DNA of 64,000 nt from Elusimicrobiota bacterium (GTDB taxonomy: Bacteria > Elusimicrobiota > Elusimicrobia > UBA1565 > UBA9628). Below, piece by piece: positions 27,103 to 35,857 of this stretch. The notes below the pieces were generated by a model. That model did not search any database, was not told the DNA's origin, and saw nothing but the letters and a program-made list of their open reading frames with translations. The stretch is from assembly GCA_016218545.1 (NCBI GenBank), contig JACRDQ010000030.1, positions 256,172-320,171 on the forward strand, given 5' to 3'. The first letter of the stretch is position 1. The number at the start of each line of letters is the position of its first letter. Position numbers and translations under genes: made by a program.

Positions 27103-29076
27103 ATGGCAAAGACCACGTGGACCATCGAAGACTCGGCGCAGACCTACAACCTCAAGGGTTGGGGGCTCAAGCATTTCGGGATCAACGAGGACGGGAACCT
27201 CGTGGTCTACCCGCGCCGGACCCCGGACCGCGCCATCGACATCAAGCGGGTGGTCGACGACGTGGTCAGCCGCGGCATCAAGCTTCCGGTGCTCGTGCGC
27301 TTCCAGGACATCCTGCGCCACCGCGTGGAGCAGCTCAACCGCGCCTTCCGGGAGGCCATCGAGGAGCACAAATACAGCGGCAAGTACACGGGCGTCTATC
27401 CCATCAAGGTCAACCAGCTCCGCGAGGTCGTCGAGGAGATCCTCGACGCCGGCGAGCCCTTCCAGTACGGCCTGGAGGCGGGCAGCAAGGGCGAGCTCAT
27501 GGCGGTCATCGCCATGAACGGGACCGAGAACCTCACGGTCGTCAACGGCTACAAGGACGAGTCGGTCATGCGCCTGGCCGCGGTGGGCCTGAAGATGGGC
27601 AAGAAGGTCATCGTGGTGGTGGAGAAGCTCAACGAGCTCGCGGCCCTCGTCAAGATCTGCAAGGAGATGGGCGTGCGCCCCCTCATCGGCCTGCGCTGCC
27701 GCCTCCAGACCCAGGGCAGCGGCAAGTGGAGGGGCTCGACCGGCGACGCGGCCAAGTTCGGGCTCACCACGCCCGACATCCTGCGCGCGGTCCAGGACCT
27801 CAAGGCCGAGGGCTTGGGCGACTGCGTCAAGCTCCTGCACTTCCACATCGGCTCGCAGATCACGGACATCCAGGCCGTCAAGGACGCGGTGAAAGAGGGT
27901 TCCCGGATGTACGCCAAGCTCCGGAAGATGGGGCTCGGCCTGGAGTACGTGGACTGCGGCGGCGGACTCGGGGTGGACTACGACGGCACGCACACCACGG
28001 GCCTGCACTCCATGAACTACACCCTGCGCGAGTACGTCAGCGGCGTGGTCTACACGATGCACGAGATCTGCAAGCAGGAGAAGGTGCCCGAGCCCAACAT
28101 CGTCACCGAGTCGGGCCGCTCCATCGTGGCGCACCACTCCCTGCTCGTGGTCAACGTCTTCGGCTCCATCCAGGCGGGCTCGGCCCCCGTGGACTTCGAG
28201 AAGACCCCGGAGGAGCACGAGGTCGTAGGCGAGATGCGCGACATCCTCGAGAACTTGAGCCCCCGGAACATCGAGGAAGCCTACCACGACGCCCAGCAGC
28301 GGCGCGAGGAGGCCTACTCCCTCTTCAAGCTCGGCTACCTCGGCATGGAGGAGCGGGCCAAGGTCGAGGCCATCTACTGGAAGACGTGCCTGGAGATCCA
28401 GCGCCTCCTGCCGCGCGCCAAGTTCGTCTCGGACGAGCTGGCCGAGATGACGAAGACCCTGACCGACCAGTACCTCTGCAACTTCTCGCTCTTCCAGTCC
28501 GTGCCCGACGCCTGGGCCATCGGCCAGGTCTTCCCGGTCATGCCGGTCCACCGGCTGACCGAGGAGCCCACGCGGGCCGCCACCCTGGTGGACATCACCT
28601 GCGACTCGGACGGCAAGATCTCGCAGTACGTGGGCAAGCGCGACGTGAGCTCCAGCATCCAGATGCACCCCTTGAACGGCGACCCCTACTACCTGGCCGT
28701 CTTCCTCGTGGGCGCCTACCAGGCCAGCATGGGCGACATCCACAACCTTTTCGGCCGGGTCAACGAGGTGCACGTGTTCGAGGACGCCGAGGAGCCGGGC
28801 GGCTACTACGTCGAGGAGGTCATCCACGGCCAGACCGTGCGCGACGTGCTGGCCTCCATCCAGTACAGCGAGTTCGAGCTGGCCCGCATGGTCAAGTCCG
28901 CCATCGACGTGCAGGTCAAGGCCGGGAACCTCAAGCCCCGCGAGGGCGTGGACCTCCTCAACCAGTACGAGGCCGTGATGCAGGAGTACACCTACATCGA
29001 CCACGAGGTCTCCACCAAGACCGACACCGCGGCGGGCAAGGCTCCCGCCCCGGTCCCGGTCGCCCAGCCGGCCTAG
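27103..29076 (+). CDS. speA: Biosynthetic arginine decarboxylase
   Basis: The N-terminal YN(L/I)..WG motif region, LPVLVRFQDILRHR, and YPIKVNQ (PLP lysine) across a 657-aa length match SpeA. Confidence 0.92.
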   Translation: MAKTTWTIEDSAQTYNLKGWGLKHFGINEDGNLVVYPRRTPDRAIDIKRVVDDVVSRGIKLPVLVRFQDILRHRVEQLNRAFREAIEEHKYSGKYTGVYPIKVNQLREVVEEILDAGEPFQYGLEAGSKGELMAVIAMNGTENLTVVNGYKDESVMRLAAVGLKMGKKVIVVVEKLNELAALVKICKEMGVRPLIGLRCRLQTQGSGKWRGSTGDAAKFGLTTPDILRAVQDLKAEGLGDCVKLLHFHIGSQITDIQAVKDAVKEGSRMYAKLRKMGLGLEYVDCGGGLGVDYDGTHTTGLHSMNYTLREYVSGVVYTMHEICKQEKVPEPNIVTESGRSIVAHHSLLVVNVFGSIQAGSAPVDFEKTPEEHEVVGEMRDILENLSPRNIEEAYHDAQQRREEAYSLFKLGYLGMEERAKVEAIYWKTCLEIQRLLPRAKFVSDELAEMTKTLTDQYLCNFSLFQSVPDAWAIGQVFPVMPVHRLTEEPTRAATLVDITCDSDGKISQYVGKRDVSSSIQMHPLNGDPYYLAVFLVGAYQASMGDIHNLFGRVNEVHVFEDAEEPGGYYVEEVIHGQTVRDVLASIQYSEFELARMVKSAIDVQVKAGNLKPREGVDLLNQYEAVMQEYTYIDHEVSTKTDTAAGKAPAPVPVAQPA

Positions 29077-29087
29077 GGAGCAGCGGC

Positions 29088-29675
29088 ATGCCTGCCGCCG
29101 CCCTCCTTTTCGACCTCGACGGCGTCCTCGTGGACACCTACGGGGTATGGGAGGGCCTCGTCCGCGACACGGCCGTGCTCCTGGGCTACGCTCCTCCCGG
29201 AGCCGGGGCCTTCCGCTCCTCCTGGGGCCAGGGCATCGAGGACGACGTGCGGACCTTCTTCACCCGCCACGCCGTAGACGAGGTGCGGGCCGCCTACGAG
29301 AAGGGCTACCCCGGCCACCTCGGCAGGGTCAAGGTGATGCCCGGTGCGCAGGCCGCTCTCGAGTCCCTGCCCCAGCCCAAGGCCGTGGTCTCCAACACCC
29401 CGAGCGCCCTGGTCGGGCTCACCCTGCGCCTGGCCGGCCTGGACCGCCATTTCAAGACCGCGCTCGGGCCCGACGACGTGGGAGCCTCCAAGCCCGCCCC
29501 GCAGATGCTGCTGGAGGCCTGCCGCAGGCTCGGGGCGCGGCCCCGGGACTCCCTGATGGTGGGGGACTCCGACTACGACGAGAAAGCCGCCCGGGCCGCC
29601 GGCGCGGCCTTCGTCCGCTTCCGAGGGGACTGGGCGCCGGTCCTGACCGCTACTCGAAGTAGCCGAATTCCTTGA
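29088..29675 (+). CDS. HAD-superfamily hydrolase (phosphoglycolate-phosphatase-like)
   Basis: Motif I LLFDLDGVLVDT, motif II VVSNT, motif III/IV K...GDSDYD. It is the last 195 codons of track ORF 27072..29675. Its 3' end overlaps era convergently by 26 nt. Confidence 0.8.
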   Translation: MPAAALLFDLDGVLVDTYGVWEGLVRDTAVLLGYAPPGAGAFRSSWGQGIEDDVRTFFTRHAVDEVRAAYEKGYPGHLGRVKVMPGAQAALESLPQPKAVVSNTPSALVGLTLRLAGLDRHFKTALGPDDVGASKPAPQMLLEACRRLGARPRDSLMVGDSDYDEKAARAAGAAFVRFRGDWAPVLTATRSSRIP

Positions 29676-30537
29676 GGCTGCGCGGGTCCCTGCGCCAGTC
29701 CTTGCGGACCTTGATCTGAAGCTCGAGACGCACCCTGCGGCCGAGGAAGGCTTCCACCGCCCGGGTCGAGCGCTCGGAGAGCTCGCGGATCATGCGTCCG
29801 GCTTTGCCGATGAGGATGCCCTTCTGGGAATCGCGCTCCACGAAGACCGAGGCCATGATCTCGTCGGGCCTGCCCTTGGCCTCGCGGAAGAGCTCGATCT
29901 GCACCGCGCAGGCGTGCGGGACCTCCTCCTCGAAGAGCTCGAAGATCTTCTCCCGGATGATCTCGGAGACGAAGAAGCGCTCGTAGCGGTCCGAGAGGTT
30001 GTCGCGGTCGTAGAAGGGCTCGCCCTCGGGCATGAGGGCCTTGACCGCCTCCAGGAGCGCCGGGATCCCGTTCCCCTTCAGGGCCGAGACGCTCAAGACC
30101 GCCTTGGGAGAGAGGGCCTTGGCCCAGGCGGCTTCGACGTCCGCGAGCCCCGAGGCCTTGAGGTCCGACTTGTTCACGGCCACGATCAGGGGGATCTCAG
30201 GGTTCTTCAAGGCCGAGAGCTCGGAGACGAAGTCCGGGTCCGGAGCCGCCGGGTCGACGAGGAGCACGACCGCGTCCGCGTCGGAGCGCAGGGCGTTGCG
30301 CGCGGTCTTGAGCAGGGTCTTGCGCAGGTCGTCCTGCGGCCCGACCAGGAGGCCCGGGGTGTCGAGGAGGCAGATCTGGAAGTCCGGCCCGTTCAAGATG
30401 CCCAGGATCTTGTGGCGCGTGGTCTGGGGCTTGGCCGAGACGATGGAGAGCTTGGACCCGAGGAGCGCGTTGAGCAGGGTGGATTTGCCGGCATTGGGCC
30501 TGCCCGCGAGCACGGCGAAGCCTGATTTGAATCCCAT
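29650..30537 (-). CDS. era: GTPase Era
   Basis: G1 GRPNAGKST, G3 DTPG, G4 NKSD and a C-terminal KH domain. ATG 30537 overlaps the upstream stop (ATGA). Confidence 0.92.
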   Translation of the reverse strand: MGFKSGFAVLAGRPNAGKSTLLNALLGSKLSIVSAKPQTTRHKILGILNGPDFQICLLDTPGLLVGPQDDLRKTLLKTARNALRSDADAVVLLVDPAAPDPDFVSELSALKNPEIPLIVAVNKSDLKASGLADVEAAWAKALSPKAVLSVSALKGNGIPALLEAVKALMPEGEPFYDRDNLSDRYERFFVSEIIREKIFELFEEEVPHACAVQIELFREAKGRPDEIMASVFVERDSQKGILIGKAGRMIRELSERSTRAVEAFLGRRVRLELQIKVRKDWRRDPRSLKEFGYFE

Positions 30538-32261
30538 CAGTCCCTCCTGCCAGGATGGATGACGCCGGGACGGCGGCGAGCACCGCCGCCGGCGGGGTCC
30601 GAGCCGGCCCGGCGCAGCTTCCGGCGCAGCGCGTCGAGCCTGTCCTTCCAGAACGGCCTGCCCCGCTCCAGGACGTCGGCCTGGTCGAGCGCGGCCAGGG
30701 CCTCCGCTGCCCTGCCGGAGGCCGCGAGGTAGGTTCCCAGCTCCAGCCGCAGGATGGGGTCGAGCGGGTTGAGCCCCACGGCGCGCTCCTGGCTGGCCAC
30801 GGCCTCGGCCAGGGCGGCCGTGTCGTCCGTGGCCGCGTGGCGCGCGGCATGGACCAGGGCCAGCCCGCGCTCGGGCTCGAAGTGGGGAGGCTGGACCTCG
30901 ATGGCGGCTGAAAAGGCCCGGGCCGCCCGGTCCAGGTCGCCCGCTTCCAGAGCCGCCCGGCCTTCGACGCAGAGCCTGCTGCCCATCCACGGGGACACGA
31001 CCCAGGGCAGGCTGGCGAGCAGCAGGGCCGACGCCACGAGCGCCGCGGACTTGCGGGGGGCCCACCACGGCTCAGCCGCCGGGGCCGCGAGCAGGGCCAG
31101 GCAGAGCGCGGCCGAGAGCAGGGTCGCGAGATACTCGGCTGCCACGTTGACCACGGCGAACGAGGCGAACAAGACGAGGCCCAGCAGGAAGGGCCAGCGG
31201 TCCGAGACCGCGGCCCAGCGCCGCTTGAGGCGCAGGGCCCACCAGGCGCAGAACGCGGCCAGGCTGCCTGCGCCGATGAGCCCGGTCTCGGCCAGGGAGC
31301 CGAGCACGAGGCTGTGGCTCGCCCGCACGTTGAGCGCGGCCGAGGGGTCCCTGAAGGCAGGGTAGGCGGAAGCGAAGCAATCGGGTCCCACGCCGAGCCA
31401 GGGGTGCGCGAGGAACATCTGCCACGCGCTGGCCCACCACTTGAGCCTCACGAAGTGCCCTCCGCTCGCCATGGCCGGGCCCGCCAGTTGGAAGCTGACG
31501 TGGAGCTTCTTCCAGAGGACCCACGCCAGGAAGACCGCGGCCGCTCCTGCCGCTGCCCCGGCTCCGACGCGATGCCGGGTGAGCCAGGACTTGAGGGGCC
31601 CGAGCCCGAGCATGAAGGGCGCGGCCAAGAGCACGCAGAGCAGGCCCCAGACGGACTCGGCCAGAGGGATGCAGGCCAGGGCGCCGGCGAGTCCCATGGC
31701 CCAGTACCAGCGCGGCGCGTTCCCCTGGCCGCTGCCGCCGAAGGTCCTCGCTGCGAGAGGAGGGATCCAGGGCAGGACGAAGGCCACGGCTCCGTGGGCG
31801 TTGGGGAAGGTGCCTGGAGCCTGGTGGTTGAACGGGTCCACCACCCTGGCGTGCTGGACGACCATGACGACCGCCTCGAAGGCCAGGAAGGGCGCCAGGC
31901 AGGCCAGGAAGACCTCGGCGGCCGAGGCTTCCCTGAAGGCCCTCAAGGCCGCGAAGAAGAGGACCAGGGCGCAGAGCCAGTCCGCCAGCCCGAGCAGGGA
32001 CTCTCCGGGATTGATCGAGAAGCGCCACGAGAGCGCCATGGCTGCGGCGACCAGCGCGGCCCAGGGCGCTGATGCCACAGGCAGGCCCGGGTCCTCGGTG
32101 GACCACGCCGAGAGCAGGAGAGTCGCGGCCAGGCCGAGCAGGGCCGCGACGTAGACCGCGGTGGAGGCCCACAGGTCATGCGCTCCTTGGGCGGCTCCGG
32201 AGGCCGCGAGGAGGAGTCCCAGCAGGGCTGCGCCGGAAGCGAATGAGACCTTGCGCTGCAT
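30537..32261 (-). CDS. O-antigen-ligase/polymerase-like (Wzy_C) membrane protein with C-terminal TPR domain
   Basis: About 10 or more TM segments and a Wzy_C-type motif RASHSLVLGSLAETGLIG. The C-terminal soluble TPR region contains ALEAGDLDRAARAFSAAIEVQP... Confidence 0.7.
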   Translation of the reverse strand: MQRKVSFASGAALLGLLLAASGAAQGAHDLWASTAVYVAALLGLAATLLLSAWSTEDPGLPVASAPWAALVAAAMALSWRFSINPGESLLGLADWLCALVLFFAALRAFREASAAEVFLACLAPFLAFEAVVMVVQHARVVDPFNHQAPGTFPNAHGAVAFVLPWIPPLAARTFGGSGQGNAPRWYWAMGLAGALACIPLAESVWGLLCVLLAAPFMLGLGPLKSWLTRHRVGAGAAAGAAAVFLAWVLWKKLHVSFQLAGPAMASGGHFVRLKWWASAWQMFLAHPWLGVGPDCFASAYPAFRDPSAALNVRASHSLVLGSLAETGLIGAGSLAAFCAWWALRLKRRWAAVSDRWPFLLGLVLFASFAVVNVAAEYLATLLSAALCLALLAAPAAEPWWAPRKSAALVASALLLASLPWVVSPWMGSRLCVEGRAALEAGDLDRAARAFSAAIEVQPPHFEPERGLALVHAARHAATDDTAALAEAVASQERAVGLNPLDPILRLELGTYLAASGRAAEALAALDQADVLERGRPFWKDRLDALRRKLRRAGSDPAGGGARRRPGVIHPGRRD

Positions 32262-33523
32262 CAGCGGCTCCCCGCGGCCCGCCGGGAAGCCGCGAGGTCG
32301 TAGAGCCAGAGCGCTCCCCTCGCGGTCAGGATCAGGACGAAGGGCATCACGGTCAGCCTGTAGCGGATGACGGATTGGCTGATGGAGAAGCTCATGGTCA
32401 AGACGAGCACGAAGACCCCCATCCAGCGGACCCCGGGCCTGCTCCAGCCGAGGACGAGCCCTGCCAGGGCCAGGGGCAGGACCCAGCCGTCGGAGAGCAG
32501 GGCCAGCAGGCGCACGGCCGAGGTCCGGTGGGTGTAGGCCCGGTCGCGCGGGACGATCCTCCAGAGGCCGAAGAACCTGCCGGCGCAGTCCATGGCGAAG
32601 CTCCAGGGCCGGGCCGCGGCCAGGCGCAGGGCGGCCAGGACGTAGGCGCGGTTGCTCTCGAGCTCAGGCAGGACCGAGATCCTCTGAAACTCGGTGTCGT
32701 CTCCGGGCCTTCCCAGGATGCGGTCCTGCTCCGGCGTGCCCCGGATCTCATAGGGAACGCTGAAGGCGACGTACATCTCCACGCCGAGGGAGGTCGAGGT
32801 CGGGATGAACGCCTTCATCACGAGGGCGTTGCGGAGCAGCCAGCCTCCCATCAGGCTTCCGGCCACGAGCGCGAAGGCCAGGAGACCCTTCCAGCGCCGG
32901 GCCGGCTCCTGCTGCCAGGCCAGGAAGGCCCCGAAGGCCGCGGTCAGCGGGGTCAGGGCCGTGTTCGTGAGGCACATCCACCCTGCCAGGCCGCCTGCGC
33001 CGGCCCCTGCTCCTACGCCGCTGGAGCGGAGCGACACGAAGAAGGCAGCGGAGGCCAGGAAGGGCAGCAGGGTCTCCCGGAAGAGGAAGCCCGGGTAGTA
33101 GCAGAAGTAGGGATAGAAGCTCGCGATCCATAGGGCGGCGCGGCTCGTCCGGGGGTCGAAGATGAGCAGGGCCAGGCGGAAGACCAGGTAGACCGTGGCC
33201 GTGGACAAGGCCGCCTGCGCTGCCAGCACCGCCCAGGGGCTCTGGCCTGAGAGGGCGTAGAGGCCGGCGATGAAGAGCGGGTAGCCCGGCTCCCGGACCG
33301 CCATGGGCGCGGGAGGGACGAGGGTGTAGACCCCGTGGCGCAGGATGTTGATCCCGATCTGCTCGTAGTCCAGGCTGCCGAAGATCTGCCTGCCGTCGAA
33401 GGAATAGGCCGCGAATCCGAAGCGCAGCAGGAGCGCTGCAGCCAGGCACAAGAGGAGCTCACAGCGGCTCGGTCCTCCCGCTTGGGGGGAGCCGACGGAC
33501 CCCTCAGAAGCGTCCGGTGACAT
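32261..33523 (-). CDS. GT-C-fold glycosyltransferase (ArnT / GT39/83-like)
   Basis: DYEQIGINILRHGVYT...REPGYPLFIAGLYAL...YLVFRLALLIF is the typical ArnT/PMT_2-like N-terminal region. Start placed at ATG 33523 (MSPDASEG); the upstream 245 codons of track ORF 32261..34258 were rejected. Confidence 0.7.
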   Translation of the reverse strand: MSPDASEGSVGSPQAGGPSRCELLLCLAAALLLRFGFAAYSFDGRQIFGSLDYEQIGINILRHGVYTLVPPAPMAVREPGYPLFIAGLYALSGQSPWAVLAAQAALSTATVYLVFRLALLIFDPRTSRAALWIASFYPYFCYYPGFLFRETLLPFLASAAFFVSLRSSGVGAGAGAGGLAGWMCLTNTALTPLTAAFGAFLAWQQEPARRWKGLLAFALVAGSLMGGWLLRNALVMKAFIPTSTSLGVEMYVAFSVPYEIRGTPEQDRILGRPGDDTEFQRISVLPELESNRAYVLAALRLAAARPWSFAMDCAGRFFGLWRIVPRDRAYTHRTSAVRLLALLSDGWVLPLALAGLVLGWSRPGVRWMGVFVLVLTMSFSISQSVIRYRLTVMPFVLILTARGALWLYDLAASRRAAGSR

Positions 33524-33632
33524 GAGGAGGCAAGGGGTTCGTCGGTGGCATGGGCTGGTCGTGGAGGGGTCCGCCAGGCGAGAAAGTACCAAATCCACGG
33601 CAGGGGCGCAAACGCAGTCCTTCAGCCGTTCC

Positions 33633-33992
33633 TCATGGTCCAAGCCTGCGCCTGATATCGTCCACCCGCCGCCTGATCTCCTCCTCGCTGGGGAGCTGCA
33701 CCTTGCCTGGATCTGCCTCCGGGCCATCCGCGTTTGAAGGCCCTGACGGGTTCGGCCGTGCCGCAGGGTACTTTGCCGTGAGCTGGACGGAAACCGTGTT
33801 GAAGAGCTCCTGCCATGTGCCTCCCGGGGGAGTCTTGCCGAACTGTCCTGTCCAAGTGTAGCAGCCGCAGAGGCCGCAGTCAGGGGTCTCCAGACCCAAG
33901 GATGCAATCGGATCAGGACCCAGGGGGCATGGGCCCTGCGTTCGCCTTGATAACGGCGTTGGATTTTTGAGAGAATGAAGCGACAATCCCAT
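33633..33992 (-). CDS. Possible small hypothetical protein (CGLCGC motif); start uncertain
   Basis: In-frame ATG 33992, or TTG further in giving about 87 aa. Moderate GC3 (about 75%) in the region ...[28 protein letters not shown]...[17 protein letters not shown]. No SD or family recognised. Confidence 0.3.
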   Translation of the reverse strand: MGLSLHSLKNPTPLSRRTQGPCPLGPDPIASLGLETPDCGLCGCYTWTGQFGKTPPGGTWQELFNTVSVQLTAKYPAARPNPSGPSNADGPEADPGKVQLPSEEEIRRRVDDIRRRLGP

Positions 33993-34010
33993 CGGCGGAG
34001 GTCCAAAGAA

Positions 34011-34754
34011 ATGTTCCAGAGCACGTCGTCCGTCCTCATCATCCTCGTGGTCGCGGCGTTCCTGTCCATCAAGCTGGTCAATGAGTACGACCGGGTGGTG
34101 GTCTTCGTCCTGGGCCGGCTCTGGAAGGTCTGCGGCCCCGGGCCCATCATCGTGGTGCCCGGCATCATGCGCGGCCAGCTGGTGAGCCTCCGGACCGTGG
34201 TCCTCGACGTGCCCCCGCAGGACGTCATCACCAAGGACAACGTCTCCATCAAGGTCAACGCCGTCGTCTATCTGCGGGTGGTGGACGCGCAGCGGGCGGT
34301 CATCCAGGTGGAGAACTACCTCTATGCCACGAGCCAGTGGGCGCAGACGACCCTGCGCTCGATCCTGGGCAAGTCCGAGGTCGACGAGATCCTGGCGCAC
34401 CGCGACAAGATCAACAACGAGCTCCAGCAGATCCTCGACGCCCACACCGAGCCGTGGGGCGTGAAGGTCTCCAACGTCGAGATCAAGAACGTGGACTTCG
34501 CGCAGGAGATGCTGCGCGCCATGGCCAAGCAGGCCGAGGCCGAGCGCGAGCGCCGCGCCAAGGTCATCCACGCGGAAGGCGAGCTCCAGGCCTCCGAGAA
34601 GCTGGGACAGGCCGCCAAGGTCCTGTCGGCCGACCCGGCCTCCATCCAGCTCCGGTACCTGCAGACGCTCTCTGAGATCGCGATCGACAAGAACTCCACC
34701 ACCATCTTCCCGGTGCCGGTGGACGTGATCTCGATGTTCGTCAAGAAGACTTGA
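34011..34754 (+). CDS. SPFH / Band-7 (stomatin-like) membrane protein
   Basis: N-terminal TM ([13 protein letters not shown]), then [15 protein letters not shown]...DVITKDNV...RSILG and a coiled coil [22 protein letters not shown] lies 9 nt upstream of ATG 34011; ATG 33975 is the alternative. Confidence 0.85.
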   Translation: MFQSTSSVLIILVVAAFLSIKLVNEYDRVVVFVLGRLWKVCGPGPIIVVPGIMRGQLVSLRTVVLDVPPQDVITKDNVSIKVNAVVYLRVVDAQRAVIQVENYLYATSQWAQTTLRSILGKSEVDEILAHRDKINNELQQILDAHTEPWGVKVSNVEIKNVDFAQEMLRAMAKQAEAERERRAKVIHAEGELQASEKLGQAAKVLSADPASIQLRYLQTLSEIAIDKNSTTIFPVPVDVISMFVKKT

Positions 34755-35857
34755 GCGACGCCGGGCTGTACGTCCACGTCCCGTTCTGCTCGGGGAAGTG
34801 CTCCTATTGCGACTTCGTCTCCTTCCCCGGCAGGGCGGCGTCGGTCCCAGGGTACCTGAAGGCCCTCGAGGCTGAGGCGGGGCTGCGGCCTGCCGCGCGT
34901 CCTGAGACCCTCTACGTGGGCGGGGGCACGCCCACGGAGCTCTCGGCGGAGGACCTGGCCGCGCTCCTGGGGTCGGTCCGGCGGTCGTACCCCGGCCCTG
35001 TCTTCGAGGAGGCCACGGTCGAGGCCAATCCCGAGAGCCTCACGCCTGAGAAGGCCGCGGCCTTGAGGGAGGGCGGGGTCACCCGCCTGAGCCTGGGACT
35101 GCAGACCACGGACGATCGTCTCCTCGAGCGCATCGGCAGGAGACACCGCTTCTCCGACGCGGTCCGAGCCTTCCGGCTCGGCCGGGACGCGGGCTTCGAC
35201 ATGAGCGTGGACCTCATGTTCGGCCTTCCGGGCCAGACCCTGGAGGGCCTGGAGCGGAGCCTCTCTACAGTGCTGGCCATGCGGCCGGAGCACCTGTCGG
35301 TCTACGGGCTCGACGTGCACGAGGACACGCCCTTCGGCCGGGAGGGCGTGGTCCACGACGAGGACCTGGGACGCGCCATGTTCGAGCTCGTCATCGTCCG
35401 CGCGAGAGCCGCGGGCTACCACCACTACGAGATCTCGAACTTCGCCCTGCCCGGGCGCGAGTGCCGCCACAACATGCTCTATTGGAGGAACGAGGACTAC
35501 CTCGGCCTGGGCCCGGCCGCGGTCTCCCATCAGGACGGAGAGCGCTCCACGAACTCCCCGGGCTTGGACGAGTACCGTTCCGGCGTCCTCGCGGGCAGGC
35601 GGCCCCTGGCCCATGCCGAGCGCCTGGAGGGCAAGGAGAAGCTGGGCGAGACGGCGATGCTGGGCTTGAGGCTCCTCGACGGCGCGGAGCTCGGGCCCGA
35701 GCTCGAGGAGGCGTTCGCCCGGGAGCTTGAGTCCCTGGCGGAGCGCGGCCTCATCCTGCGCGATGGGAGGAGGACGAGGCTCTCCTCCGAGGGGCTCTTC
35801 ATGGCCAACGTCGTGGCGTCCGAGTTCGTCGCGCCGTTCGCGGAGGCGGCATGCTAG
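34751..35857 (+). CDS. hemW: Radical SAM heme chaperone HemW / oxygen-independent coproporphyrinogen-III-oxidase-like
   Basis: [17 protein letters not shown] cluster motif, a HemN-like core and a HemN_C-like tail. Confidence 0.85.
   Translation: MSDAGLYVHVPFCSGKCSYCDFVSFPGRAASVPGYLKALEAEAGLRPAARPETLYVGGGTPTELSAEDLAALLGSVRRSYPGPVFEEATVEANPESLTPEKAAALREGGVTRLSLGLQTTDDRLLERIGRRHRFSDAVRAFRLGRDAGFDMSVDLMFGLPGQTLEGLERSLSTVLAMRPEHLSVYGLDVHEDTPFGREGVVHDEDLGRAMFELVIVRARAAGYHHYEISNFALPGRECRHNMLYWRNEDYLGLGPAAVSHQDGERSTNSPGLDEYRSGVLAGRRPLAHAERLEGKEKLGETAMLGLRLLDGAELGPELEEAFARELESLAERGLILRDGRRTRLSSEGLFMANVVASEFVAPFAEAAC

Noticed and set aside
26962-29004. Upstream ~680 codons of the 895-aa minus-strand track ORF 26317..29004
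   Set aside because: It lies exactly antisense to speA, whose product is unmistakable. The translation is a low-complexity Val/Leu/Gly/Asp/His-rich string typical of antisense frames in high-GC DNA. Only the last 214 codons (26317..26961), outside speA, were kept.
27072-29087. First ~670 codons of the 867-aa plus-strand ORF 27072..29675
   Set aside because: It is an alternative frame over speA with an Arg/Gly/Pro/His-rich product. Only the HAD hydrolase portion from ATG 29088 is credible.
33524-34258. N-terminal 245 codons of the 665-aa ORF 32261..34258
   Set aside because: This part runs antisense through the SPFH gene and the intergenic island, has poor GC3 and gives a non-membrane, Thr/Arg/Ser-rich translation. 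The ArnT-like homology begins just after ATG 33523.
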